From NCBI GenBank assembly GCA_965116875.1, contig OZ220733.1, positions 2,816,001-2,880,000 of the forward strand: a stretch of DNA of 64,000 nt, written 5' to 3'. A model generated the notes under the pieces. The model had not been told where the DNA came from and ran no database searches. It saw only the letters and a list, made by a program, of their open reading frames with translations. Each line of letters opens with the position of its first letter. The first letter of the stretch is position 1. A program made the position numbers and the translations under genes. This DNA is from Candidatus Latescibacterota bacterium. Its GTDB lineage: Bacteria; Latescibacterota; UBA2968; GCA-2709665. Below, piece by piece: positions 49,214 to 59,591 of the stretch.

Positions 49214-52200
49214 ATGGCGTTTTCACCTGCGATTCATGAAACGGATCTGGGGCAAGGGGTCTGCATATCGGCGCCGGCAGGGAATACCTACCAGGAAGCG
49301 GCCGGCAGTCTGAAGGCGGTCCTCGAGGATATCCTTTCGGGGCGCGTGGATGTGCTTCCGGACGAGAAGCTGGATGCAGACGGACGGCACGTGATCGCGT
49401 TGGGGAATATGATGGACAGCGCCTTGCTGCGAACGCTCTACTTCCGGGCTTACGATCTGACCGACCGCGTGTGGCCGGGTCCCGGAGGGTGGGTGGTGCG
49501 CACAATGCCTCATTCATTGGACGGCGTGGGGCACGTCGTGGTGGCAGGCGTGAGCAGCGCGGAGGACATTGACGCTGCGGCCGGAGCGCTGGGTCGTTCG
49601 ATAGCGGAAGGTGGACCGATTCTTCCGTTCCAATTCGAGGTACATCCGGGCAGATGGTCGGATCTGTATGTGAATCCCGCCGAAGAGCTACTGGCCAAGA
49701 GCAACCGGGACATCGAGCAGGAATCCATCGGCGGCGGATCCGGCGACTGGACCTATATGATGGTTATCGCCGATATCGGGATGCTCGCGGTGCAGACTGG
49801 AAATCAGGGTTTGATGTCGATGTTCTGCCACCAGGTCCGCCACTTCGCCCGCACGCGCTGGTTCGAGCGGACGCTGGAGGACCCCACGTTGATCCACGGA
49901 TTCATACGTGTGCTTCTGCTGCCGTTCACGATCCTGGAAAACCATCCCGCGCTTCCCGCCTCGCAGCGGGAGGAGACGCTGGAAGCGCTGCTGGGCCTCT
50001 TCAGGTCCGCCGAAGGGGCCGGCAATACCGGGCTGCTGAGCTGTGTGGGCGTGGACCGGGTGCGCCAGAACCACCAGACCCGTTCCGCACTCGATATGTT
50101 TTACGGAGGCCGCTATTTCCACCAGGTGCATGGGCTCGCGGAAGGGTTGGCGTGGATGAAGCTGGCGGAGGTCTTCTTTGCGCCGCAAATGGGATCGAAC
50201 AAGCCCGTATGCGATTCGTGGGGCCATCAGTGGGGGGCCTCGCTGTTCAACACCGCGGACTATGCGCTGGCCGCCGGAAAGATGGACTACTTCTCGAGCC
50301 GGCCCTATCTGGAGGGCGTGGACCGGGCGCTTATGGCGCACAGCAACCTGGAGCGCGGGCCGGAACAATACTGCCGCATGGCCGCGGCGGTAACGGGCAA
50401 TGACGAATATCTGCAGCTTTGCGAATCCATCGACGAAGGCGCGACAGCGGAACGGACCATTCGAGGGGCCGAGGAGCCCTTGCGGACATGGGTGACCGGG
50501 CGGCGGCCGGTGGCGCCGGAACGGCTGGGCCGGGTTGGTGTGGCCCCATTGTCGCGATTGTTCTACGATTCCCTCGAAGAATACACCACGTTTGCGCCGG
50601 TGAACGGCGTCTATCTGAGGAATCTGCCCTACGAACAGACGTTCGACAAGGTGTATTTCAGATCGGGATGGACGGACCGGGACGATTACCTGCTGCTGGA
50701 CGGCATCTCGGGGGGCTCGCACTCCTACCAGGACGGCAATTGCATCGTGCGTTACACCAGCCGCGGCGCATCCTGGTTCAGGTTTGCAGGAGGCCACCAG
50801 CCGGCGACGGTTCGGGACTACACGGGCGTGAGTGTTTCTGTGGACGGCGCCGGGCCGGGGTGCGAGTCCCGGTACGCGGCGCTGCGGTATCTGCACGAAG
50901 GGGAGACCCTTGCCGTGGCCGGCACGTCGATGACCTATCCTGAGCAGGGCGACTGGTATCGACACATCGTGTACAGCCGGGAGGGGTGGTTTCTGGTGAT
51001 CGACGAGGTCTGGCCCGCCGTTACAGGAGAATTTCTCGTGGAGTGCCGGTGGCACATTCTGGGCGACACGACCCTGACAGACGGCCTGTTGCAGTCGGTT
51101 CAGGGAGACGCGCAGTTGAACATGCGCCATGCCGGGAGCGGGCGCCAGGAACTGGCTGCATCGGACTACTGGTGCGCGGAAGACCACTCGCGGTGGGTCC
51201 AGCGTTCCCTGGCGGGGCTCCGGCCGGGAACAGGGACTCGCATGGCCACCCTTTTCTGGACAGACCCGGTGGCCGATGGCAGAGATTTCAGGCTGGTCGA
51301 GGAGACGACCGGTTTTCGCATTGAAGGGGACGGCGAACCCGTCACGGTTGTATTGACTGAGGGTAATGATACCCCTGAGGTCACCGGATCCGTCGCGACG
51401 CTGCCCACGGCCGGTGGGGTTGTGGATGGATCCGATGCCGCGTCATTTCAGATTACCGGCGGCGAAGCGATGCCCGTCTGGCGTACCCGGTGCGCAGATG
51501 CCGTGAGGGCGCTGGATTTCGGAAAGGATAGAGGTTTCGCGGGCGACGACGGCGGAGTGACCGCGTTCGATTCTGACGGCGATCCTCTGTGGAAACGAGA
51601 GATCGACGGTGGCGTCCGTGCCATTGCGGCCATGGACGACGGCGGTGCAGCCGTGGGAGGCGACGGGGAAACCGTATACCGGCTGGACGCATCGGGAGAA
51701 ATGCTCTGGTCCTATCAGATCGAATGGCAGCCCATGAACTGGGATAGCTGGTCCAGGAAGAACTGCGTGGTATTGAGCCTTGCTGCGGGGGATATCGACG
51801 GGGACGGACGGGAGGAAATTCTGGTCGGATGCGCGGACCGTCACGTGTACGCATTCGACGCGGACGGCAGCATGCTGTGGCGTTCTCCATGCCAGTGGGG
51901 ACCGCCGGTTTGTCTGGATACCGCGGAGCTGACGGAAGGGCCGGAACGACAGACGCTCGCGGGCCTGGCGGACCCGGCCATTCACGCACACACGCTGGTT
52001 TTCGCGAAGGACGGGACGCTGGGGCGGCCCCTGCAGCGGCCGGATATCGTCAGTTGGTCGATCCCCTCCTGGTCGCGCTGCCTGCGCGTAGCGGACGTGG
52101 ATGGGGACGGCCGGGACGAGGTCATCAGCGGGGTGGACACAAACCACCGCCAGTTGATCGTCTACGGGCGGGAGGGCGAGGTGATCTGGGACGCGGATCT

Positions 52201-52528
52201 GGGCGGCGCGGTGCTCGCGGCGGAGGTCCACGGCGGACGCCTGTATGCCGGCGCGTCCAACGGTTTTGTACAGTGCTTCGACGCCGCTGGCAGCCGCTTG
52301 TGGCATCGGCTTCTCGTCGAGCCCGTGGCCGGCCTGGCGCCCGCGGGAGATGGGGGATGCCTGGCGGCACTGAGAGGCGGACGCGTGGTGTCCCTCGAAG
52401 GCTCCGGAGAGATCCGGACGACTGACGACGGGGACTCGGATGTGACGGTTACAGAGTGGGCATCCGGCTGGCCGGACGGCGGCCTGCTGGTGGGCCGAAA
52501 GAGTGGAGCGCTGGAACTCTACCGGTAG
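49214..52528 (+). CDS. Lyase-like + FG-GAP/PQQ propeller protein; paralog B
   Basis: RQNHQT, PVCDSWGHQW, FDKVYFRSGW, GGSHSYQDGN, DIDGDG repeats; GGAGG RBS. Confidence 0.75.
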   Translation: MAFSPAIHETDLGQGVCISAPAGNTYQEAAGSLKAVLEDILSGRVDVLPDEKLDADGRHVIALGNMMDSALLRTLYFRAYDLTDRVWPGPGGWVVRTMPHSLDGVGHVVVAGVSSAEDIDAAAGALGRSIAEGGPILPFQFEVHPGRWSDLYVNPAEELLAKSNRDIEQESIGGGSGDWTYMMVIADIGMLAVQTGNQGLMSMFCHQVRHFARTRWFERTLEDPTLIHGFIRVLLLPFTILENHPALPASQREETLEALLGLFRSAEGAGNTGLLSCVGVDRVRQNHQTRSALDMFYGGRYFHQVHGLAEGLAWMKLAEVFFAPQMGSNKPVCDSWGHQWGASLFNTADYALAAGKMDYFSSRPYLEGVDRALMAHSNLERGPEQYCRMAAAVTGNDEYLQLCESIDEGATAERTIRGAEEPLRTWVTGRRPVAPERLGRVGVAPLSRLFYDSLEEYTTFAPVNGVYLRNLPYEQTFDKVYFRSGWTDRDDYLLLDGISGGSHSYQDGNCIVRYTSRGASWFRFAGGHQPATVRDYTGVSVSVDGAGPGCESRYAALRYLHEGETLAVAGTSMTYPEQGDWYRHIVYSREGWFLVIDEVWPAVTGEFLVECRWHILGDTTLTDGLLQSVQGDAQLNMRHAGSGRQELAASDYWCAEDHSRWVQRSLAGLRPGTGTRMATLFWTDPVADGRDFRLVEETTGFRIEGDGEPVTVVLTEGNDTPEVTGSVATLPTAGGVVDGSDAASFQITGGEAMPVWRTRCADAVRALDFGKDRGFAGDDGGVTAFDSDGDPLWKREIDGGVRAIAAMDDGGAAVGGDGETVYRLDASGEMLWSYQIEWQPMNWDSWSRKNCVVLSLAAGDIDGDGREEILVGCADRHVYAFDADGSMLWRSPCQWGPPVCLDTAELTEGPERQTLAGLADPAIHAHTLVFAKDGTLGRPLQRPDIVSWSIPSWSRCLRVADVDGDGRDEVISGVDTNHRQLIVYGREGEVIWDADLGGAVLAAEVHGGRLYAGASNGFVQCFDAAGSRLWHRLLVEPVAGLAPAGDGGCLAALRGGRVVSLEGSGEIRTTDDGDSDVTVTEWASGWPDGGLLVGRKSGALELYR

Positions 52529-52611
52529 GCGTCGCAAGTCTCCATCCTGGCCGTCAATGTAAACTCCGGCTTTGTGGTTTAGATTGGTATGTACGCAGAA
52601 AGGAATGTGAA

Positions 52612-55600
52612 ATGACATTCCGCAATGCCATTCACGAAACGGACCTCACTTCCGGCGTCTGTATCTCGTCGCCTGGTGGCGGGCCGTATCGGGCCGCGTC
52701 GAAGCGTCTTCAATCCGCCCTGAGAGATGCGCTTTCGGATGGTGTGGAAATCCTGCCGGATGCGCGGCTGGATGCTGGCGGGCGCCACGTGATCGCGCTC
52801 GGGAACATGATGGACAGCGATTTTCTGAAGACGCTGTATTTCCGCGCGTACGATTTGACGGACCGGGTCTGGCCGGGTCCCGGCGGGTGGGCGATACGCA
52901 CGGCGCCGCACTCCCTGGACGATGTGGGGCACGTGGTCGTCGTGGGCGTGAGCGGATCGGAGGACGTTTCCGATGCGGCGGATGCTCTCTACGGCGCGAT
53001 CGTCGAGGCGGGCGCCGTGCTTCCATTTCAATACCGCGTGTGCCCGGGGCGGTGGTCGGATCATTATCTCGTGCAAGCGCGGAAACGGCTGGAGGCCGGC
53101 GATGCTGACCTCGAGCGGGAATATACCAGCGGCGCGGGCGACTGGACCTATATGCGGGCGATCGCGGACATCGGGATGCTTGCGGTCCGGACCGGGCAGG
53201 AAGCGTTGATGGAGATGTTCTGCCGGCAGGTCTGTCATTTTGCGCGCACACGGTGGTTTGAGCGCCATCTGCCGGACCCTCCGCAGATCCACGGGTTCTT
53301 GAGGACGATGCTGCTTCCGTTCACGATTCTGGAGAACCATCCATCCATCCCGACAGCCCGGCGGGAAGAGACGCTGGACGCCCTTCTGGCGCTGTATCGA
53401 TCCGGGGAAGGGGCCGGGAACAACGGATTTCTGAGCCACGTCGGCGTAGACCGGGTTCGGCAGAACCACCAGACCCGGACGGCGCTGGATCTGTTTTACG
53501 GGGGACGGTATTTCCACCAGGTGCATGGCCTCGCGGAGGGATTGGCGTGGATGAAGCTGGCGGAGGTCTTCTTTTCGCCGCAGATGACATCCAACAAGCC
53601 CGTGTGCGACTCGTGGGGCCACCAGTGGGCCGCTTCGCTGTTCAATACGGCCGATTATGCGCTGGCGTCGGGGAGTTCGGATTACGTTTCGAGCAAGCCG
53701 TTTCTGGATGGCGTGGACCGGGCGCTGATCGCGCACAGCAACCTGGAAGCAGGACCGCAGCAGTACTTTCTGATGGCCGCAACGGCGACGGGGAACGATG
53801 AATACCTGCACCCTTGTGGTGTGTCCGACGAAGACGCCCTGGCCGGACGAGCCCTGAGCGGGCGGGAAGAGCCGCTTCGATCGTGGGTGACGGGGCGACG
53901 GGCACTGCCGCCGGAAAGGCTGGGAAGTGTGGGCATGGCGCCGCTCTCGCGACTGTTCTACGATTCGTTGGAGGGTTCCAGCGGCTTTGCGCCCGAGGGC
54001 GTGTACCTGCGCGACGTGCCGTTCGAGGAGGCATTCGATAAGGTCTTCTTCCGTTCCGGCTGGTCGGATGACGACGACTATCTGCTGTTGGATGGCATTT
54101 CAGGGGGGTCCCATTCGTATCAGGACGGCAATTGCATTGTGCGTTATACCGCACGGGGACGGAACTGGTTCGGGGATCGCGTGGGACCGGCGTCGGTACG
54201 GGACCACAACGGGGTGAACATCGCCGTGGATGGGGCAGGCCCGGGATGTGAGTCGCGATACGCGAAACTGCGATACCTTGAGGAGGGTGAAGCTTTTTCT
54301 GTGGCGGGCTCGTCGATGCGATATCCCGGTCAGGGCGACTGGGATCGCCATATCGTATACGGCAGGGAGGGGTGGTTTCTTGTGGTCGACGAGATTTGGG
54401 CGCGGGCGGCGGGGGAGTTCCTGGTTGAGGGCCGCTGGCACGTGCTCGGTAAGGTGACGCTGTCCGACGGGGTTCTGCGCTCGGTTCATAGGAATGCGAC
54501 ACTGAATATGCGGCACGTGGGATGCGCGTCGCAGGATCTGATACGGGTGACTTCGGCACTGGAAAAGGGCGGCACGCGATGGATCCAGCGCTCATTGAAG
54601 GCGCTTCATCCGGGCGAAGGGGTGCGGTACGCGACGCTTTTCTGGAGTGACGATCAGGAGCAGGACCGATCGTACGCGCTGGAACCGGAAGAATCGGGGT
54701 TTCTTATCGAGGGGCAGGGCAGAACCGTGACGGTCTCGTTCGCGTCGGACAGCGAGGGCGTGAACCTGGAAGCCGATGCAGTCGTCCTCCCGGCGGCCGG
54801 CCGCATCGTCGAAACAACTGACCCGGGGCCGTTTGTCATCGCGCAGGGCGAGGCGAAGCCGGTGTGGAGCGGCGCATGCGGCGGAAGGGTGGCGTCGGTC
54901 GATGCGTGGGACGGGGGCTGCTTTGCGGGCGACGACAGCGGATGCATCACGGCGTTCGACCGGAACGGCGGGAAACGATGGACCCGTTCAATGTCGGGAG
55001 GCGTACGGACGGTGCTCGCCCTTGCCGACGGCGGAGTGGTTGCCGGTGGGGATGCCGAAGCCATACACCGGCTGGACGCGTCGGGGCATGAGTTGTGGTC
55101 ACATCAACTCGAATGGCAGCCGATGAACTGGGACTACTGGACGTGGCTGAATTGTAAAGTCCTGAGCCTGGCGGCCGGAGATATCGACGGCGACGGAAAC
55201 GACGAAATACTTGCCGGTTGCGCCGACCGCCACGTCTACGCGTTCGACGGCGAGGGCCGTATGCTCTGGCGTTCGGCATGCCAGTGGGGCCCGCCCACCT
55301 GCCTCGCGGTGGCGCGGTTGCGGCAAGGGGACCGGCGTCAGGTGCTGGCGGGGATGGCGGACCCGTCGATTCACGGATGCATCCGGGTGTTCGAGTCTGA
55401 CGGGGCGTGTGAACAAACGCTGTCGCGACCGGACATCATGAGCTGGTCGATTCCGTCGTGGTCGAAGTGCCTTGGCGTGGCCGACGTGGACGGAGACGGA
55501 TGGGACGAGGTGCTCAGCGGGGTGGACACCAACCACCGTCAGTTGATCGTGTACGGAAGGGATGGAAAGGTGTTGTGGGACGCGGACGTCGGAGGCGCGG

Positions 55601-55905
55601 TCGTGTCGGTCAACGCCTGTGAGGGACGGGTGTACGCGGGGGCATCCAACGGATTCGCGCAGTGTTTCGCGGCGGACGGCACACGTCTGTGGAGCCGGTT
55701 TCTGGCCGAACCGGTGGTTGGCCTGGCCCCGCGTGGAGATGGTGGGTCTCTGGCGGCCCTGGAAGGCGGAACCGTCGTCGGCCAGGACGGAACGGGAGAG
55801 ATCACATTCGCGGGGATTGGGGCATCGGAAGCGACCGCGGCGGCATCAAGGGATGCGGGGCTGTACGTGGGACGAAAGGATGGCGCACTGGAATTCTACC
55901 GGTAG
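52612..55905 (+). CDS. Lyase-like + propeller protein; paralog C
   Basis: Same motifs as paralog B; start ATG 52612 after AAAGGA. Confidence 0.75.
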   Translation: MTFRNAIHETDLTSGVCISSPGGGPYRAASKRLQSALRDALSDGVEILPDARLDAGGRHVIALGNMMDSDFLKTLYFRAYDLTDRVWPGPGGWAIRTAPHSLDDVGHVVVVGVSGSEDVSDAADALYGAIVEAGAVLPFQYRVCPGRWSDHYLVQARKRLEAGDADLEREYTSGAGDWTYMRAIADIGMLAVRTGQEALMEMFCRQVCHFARTRWFERHLPDPPQIHGFLRTMLLPFTILENHPSIPTARREETLDALLALYRSGEGAGNNGFLSHVGVDRVRQNHQTRTALDLFYGGRYFHQVHGLAEGLAWMKLAEVFFSPQMTSNKPVCDSWGHQWAASLFNTADYALASGSSDYVSSKPFLDGVDRALIAHSNLEAGPQQYFLMAATATGNDEYLHPCGVSDEDALAGRALSGREEPLRSWVTGRRALPPERLGSVGMAPLSRLFYDSLEGSSGFAPEGVYLRDVPFEEAFDKVFFRSGWSDDDDYLLLDGISGGSHSYQDGNCIVRYTARGRNWFGDRVGPASVRDHNGVNIAVDGAGPGCESRYAKLRYLEEGEAFSVAGSSMRYPGQGDWDRHIVYGREGWFLVVDEIWARAAGEFLVEGRWHVLGKVTLSDGVLRSVHRNATLNMRHVGCASQDLIRVTSALEKGGTRWIQRSLKALHPGEGVRYATLFWSDDQEQDRSYALEPEESGFLIEGQGRTVTVSFASDSEGVNLEADAVVLPAAGRIVETTDPGPFVIAQGEAKPVWSGACGGRVASVDAWDGGCFAGDDSGCITAFDRNGGKRWTRSMSGGVRTVLALADGGVVAGGDAEAIHRLDASGHELWSHQLEWQPMNWDYWTWLNCKVLSLAAGDIDGDGNDEILAGCADRHVYAFDGEGRMLWRSACQWGPPTCLAVARLRQGDRRQVLAGMADPSIHGCIRVFESDGACEQTLSRPDIMSWSIPSWSKCLGVADVDGDGWDEVLSGVDTNHRQLIVYGRDGKVLWDADVGGAVVSVNACEGRVYAGASNGFAQCFAADGTRLWSRFLAEPVVGLAPRGDGGSLAALEGGTVVGQDGTGEITFAGIGASEATAAASRDAGLYVGRKDGALEFYR

Positions 55906-55935
55906 GGGACGAACACGCCTGTTCATCTGATTCAT

Positions 55936-56149
55936 CTCAATTCGAAAAAAGACAACAGTCAATTTACCACAAAAAGCACAAAAGGCACAGAAGGTGACGG
56001 TACGAAAACGGGGTATTGAGGTTGCTCAAACGGAAGAAATGTCCCTTCACGCCCAGTGACGTCAAGTATCCGGGACCCTTGACGTCAATTCGTCTCTGTT
56101 CTTCTGTACATATTCGACATTCAGGTCCACGAATAATTGCGAATCAAGG
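55936..56149. repeat. ~215 bp dispersed repeat, copy 3
   Basis: Colinear with copies 1 and 2; ends CTCAATTCG ... CGAATCAAG. Confidence 0.85.
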
Positions 56150-56264
56150 CTAATCCTGCTTAACCCTGTCAATCCTGGTCGGTTTTGGTCCCGCTCATCC
56201 TGTCCAACCATGTCAGCTTCCGCATTGTGGTTTCAGATGTCATGTGCGGAGAAAGGAATGTGAA

Positions 56265-59200
56265 ATGACATTCCGCAATGCCATTCACGAAACGGACCTC
56301 ACTGCTGGGGTCTGTATTTCGTCGCCCGATGGCGATTTGTATCAGATAGCGGCGAAGCGTCTTCAATCCGCCCTGAAAGATGTGCTTTCCGACAGCGTGG
56401 AGATTCTGCCGGACGCGCGGCTCGACGTCGGCGGGCGCCACGTGATCGCGCTGGGGAACATGATGGACAGCGCGTTTCTGAAGACAATGTACTTCCGCGC
56501 ATACGATCTGACCGATCGGATCTGGCCGGGTCCCGGCGGGTGGGCGGTCCGCACCGCGCCGCACTCCCTCGAGGGCGTGGGGCACGTGATTGTTGTCGGC
56601 GTAAGCCAATCAGATGAAATCAACGAGGCGGCGGAAGCGCTTTCGCGTACGATCGAGGCATCTGGCGCCGCGCTTCCGTTTCAGCACCAGGTGAATCTGG
56701 GGAGATGGGCCGACCATTACCTGAAGCCCGCGCAGGAGCGGCAGGACCAGGGCGACGAGGCTTTGGAAAGAGAATTCACGAGCGGTCCTGGAGACTGGAC
56801 CTACATGTGGGCTATTTCCGAGATCGGGATGCTGGCGGTGCAGACAGGCATGGAGGGACTGATCCCGATGTTCTGCCGGCAGGTCCGCAATTTCGCGCGC
56901 GCGCGGTGGTTCGAACGCCATCTGCCCGACCCGCCGCAGATTCACGGGTTCCTGAGGACCATGCTTCTGCCGTTCACCGTTCTTGAGAATCATCCGGCCC
57001 TACCCGGAGACCAGCGGGAGGAGACGCTCGAGGCGTTTCTGGGGCTGTACCGGTCCAGGGAAGGCGCCGGCAATGCCGGATTCCTGAGTCACGTCGGCGT
57101 GAACCGCGTTCGACAGAACCATCAGACCATGTCCGGGCTGGACCTCTTTTATGGAGGAAGGTATTTCCACCAGGTGCACGGATTGGCGGAGGGGCGTGCC
57201 TGGATGAAGCTGGCGGAGGTATTCTTCGCGCCACAGATGACGTCGAACAAGCCCGTGTGCGATTCGTGGGGGCATCAGTGGGCGTTTTCGCTCTTCAATA
57301 CCGCCGACTACGCGCTGGCCTCAGGCAAGATGGACTATTTTTCCAGCAAACCCTATCTGGAGGGTGTGGACCGGGCGCTGGTCGCGCACAGCAATCTCGA
57401 AGGGGGGCCGCAGCAATATATGTTGATGGCCGCGGCGGTGACGGGAAACGACGAATATCTGCAGCTTTGCGAAGCGACTGACGAGGACGCCCTGGCCGGG
57501 AAGGCGGTTCGGACGAACGTGGAACCGTTCCGGACATGGGTGACGGGACGAGGCTCCGCAACGCCGGAAAGGATGGGCCGTGTGGGCGTGGCTCCGCTCT
57601 CGAGGCTGTTCTACGATTCTCTGGAGGACATCGGGGGATTCGCGCCGGAGGGCGTTTACGTTCGAGATGTGCCATACGAACAGACCTTCGACAAGGTCTA
57701 TTTCCGATCGGGCTGGACGGATGACGACGACTACCTGCTGCTTTGCGGCATCTCGGGCGGCTCCCATTCCTACCAGGACGGAAACTGCATCGTCCGGTAC
57801 ACGGGCCGCGGAAAGAACTGGTTCGGAGGTCGCGTGGGTCCGGCATCGGTCCGGGACCACAACGGGGTGAGCGTCGCGGTTGACGGCGCGGGGCCCGGCT
57901 GTGAGTCCCGGTACGCGGCCCTGCGATACCTCTCCGAGGGAGACCGACTCTCTGCCGCGGGAACGTCGATGGGGTATCCAGGTCAGGCGGACTGGTGTCG
58001 TCATATCGTGAACAGCCGTGCCGGGTGGTTTCTGGTCATCGACGAGGTCCGGGCGAAAGCGGAAGGCGAGTACCTGATCGAGTGTCGCTGGCACGTGTAC
58101 GGGGAGGTGGAGAGTTCCGGCTGTACGCTTCGTGCGGTCCAGGAAGACACAAGACTGGAGATGCGGCATTCGGGAAGCGGCGCCCAGGAACTCGTCCCGG
58201 TGACGTCTGCTCTTGCAGAAGGAGGAACGCGGTGGGTGCAGCGCTCGTTGAAATCCCTCAAACCCGGTAAAGCGGTGAGATTCGCCACCCTGTTCTGGAG
58301 CGACGATGGGAACCGGCCCCGGTCTTTTGCGCTTCGTCCCGGAGCGTCCGGATATCGGGTTGAGGGAGATGGGACAACCGCGACCGTCTCGTTTTCGCCC
58401 GAACGTTCCAATGTAGAGATCAGCGAAGACACGGCAGTGCTCCCCGCGGCGGGCGCCGCCGTGGACGGATCGGATGCGGGATCCTTTGTCATCGACGCAG
58501 GCGTTGCGAAGCCGGCCTGGCGAGGGACGTGCGGCGCTCCCGTCACGGCAATGGACGTGTCGGAGGGGGGCTGCTTCGCGGGCGACGATGAGGGCGGCAT
58601 CACGGCATTCGACCGGAACGGAGAACCGCGCTGGACCCATCGTCTTTCAGGCCGCATCCGAACGGTTCTCGCCCTGGCCGACGGCGGGGTGGCGGCAGGC
58701 GGGGATGCCGAAGCCGTGTGGAGGCTGGACGCGTCGGGACGCGAGGTGTGGGCGAATCAACTGGAGTGGCAGCCGATGAACTGGGACTACTGGACGTGGC
58801 TGAACTGCAAGGTCCTGAGCCTGGCTTCCGGAGACATCAACGGCGATGGAAGAGAAGAGATTCTGACCGGCTGCGCCGACCGTCACGTCTACGCGTTCGA
58901 CGAGAGCGGCGCATTGCTGTGGCGTTCCGCCTGCCAGTGGGGCCCGCCCACGTGTCTGGCGGTAGCACGGTTGCGGGACGGGGAGGGCCGGCATGTGCTC
59001 GCGGGGATGGCCGACCCGTCGATTCACGGCTGCATCCGCGTATTCGATGCGGACGGGGCCTGCGTGCAGACGCTCTCGCGGCCGGACGTCATGAGCTGGT
59101 CCATTCCGTCGTGGGCAAAGTCGCTGTGCGCGGCGGACATAAACGGGGACGGGCTCGACGAGGTGCTCAGCGGCGTGGACACGAACCACAGGCAGCTGAT

Positions 59201-59558
59201 TGTCTACGGCGGAGACGGCGAGGTGTTGTGGGACGCGGATCTGGGCGGCGCGGCGCTGTCCGTAGCGTTCGCTGACGGGCGCGTCTACGCGGGTGTATCG
59301 AACGGTTACGTACAGTCTTTCCAGGCGGATGGTCGCCGGATATGGTACCGTTTTCTGGCGGCGCCGGTGGTCGGTCTTTCGCCGGGGCGTGGTGGAGGGT
59401 GCCATGTGGCGCTGGAAGACGGAAGGGTGGTCGCGTTGGACGATAATGGCGAGATAAGGTCGTCAGGCGTAGGTGCGGCCATCTCCGCTGTGGCGGTGCG
59501 TCCCGACGGCGGGCTGCTGGTGGGTAGGCGGGACGGAAAGATCGATTGCTTCGCATAG
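56265..59558 (+). CDS. Lyase-like + propeller protein; paralog D
   Basis: Same motifs; start region nearly identical to paralog C (AGAAAGGAATGTGAAATGACATTCCGCAATGCC). Confidence 0.75.
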   Translation: MTFRNAIHETDLTAGVCISSPDGDLYQIAAKRLQSALKDVLSDSVEILPDARLDVGGRHVIALGNMMDSAFLKTMYFRAYDLTDRIWPGPGGWAVRTAPHSLEGVGHVIVVGVSQSDEINEAAEALSRTIEASGAALPFQHQVNLGRWADHYLKPAQERQDQGDEALEREFTSGPGDWTYMWAISEIGMLAVQTGMEGLIPMFCRQVRNFARARWFERHLPDPPQIHGFLRTMLLPFTVLENHPALPGDQREETLEAFLGLYRSREGAGNAGFLSHVGVNRVRQNHQTMSGLDLFYGGRYFHQVHGLAEGRAWMKLAEVFFAPQMTSNKPVCDSWGHQWAFSLFNTADYALASGKMDYFSSKPYLEGVDRALVAHSNLEGGPQQYMLMAAAVTGNDEYLQLCEATDEDALAGKAVRTNVEPFRTWVTGRGSATPERMGRVGVAPLSRLFYDSLEDIGGFAPEGVYVRDVPYEQTFDKVYFRSGWTDDDDYLLLCGISGGSHSYQDGNCIVRYTGRGKNWFGGRVGPASVRDHNGVSVAVDGAGPGCESRYAALRYLSEGDRLSAAGTSMGYPGQADWCRHIVNSRAGWFLVIDEVRAKAEGEYLIECRWHVYGEVESSGCTLRAVQEDTRLEMRHSGSGAQELVPVTSALAEGGTRWVQRSLKSLKPGKAVRFATLFWSDDGNRPRSFALRPGASGYRVEGDGTTATVSFSPERSNVEISEDTAVLPAAGAAVDGSDAGSFVIDAGVAKPAWRGTCGAPVTAMDVSEGGCFAGDDEGGITAFDRNGEPRWTHRLSGRIRTVLALADGGVAAGGDAEAVWRLDASGREVWANQLEWQPMNWDYWTWLNCKVLSLASGDINGDGREEILTGCADRHVYAFDESGALLWRSACQWGPPTCLAVARLRDGEGRHVLAGMADPSIHGCIRVFDADGACVQTLSRPDVMSWSIPSWAKSLCAADINGDGLDEVLSGVDTNHRQLIVYGGDGEVLWDADLGGAALSVAFADGRVYAGVSNGYVQSFQADGRRIWYRFLAAPVVGLSPGRGGGCHVALEDGRVVALDDNGEIRSSGVGAAISAVAVRPDGGLLVGRRDGKIDCFA

Positions 59559-59591
59559 CGTGAGGCAGAACTCTCAAGGGGGAACGGCACA

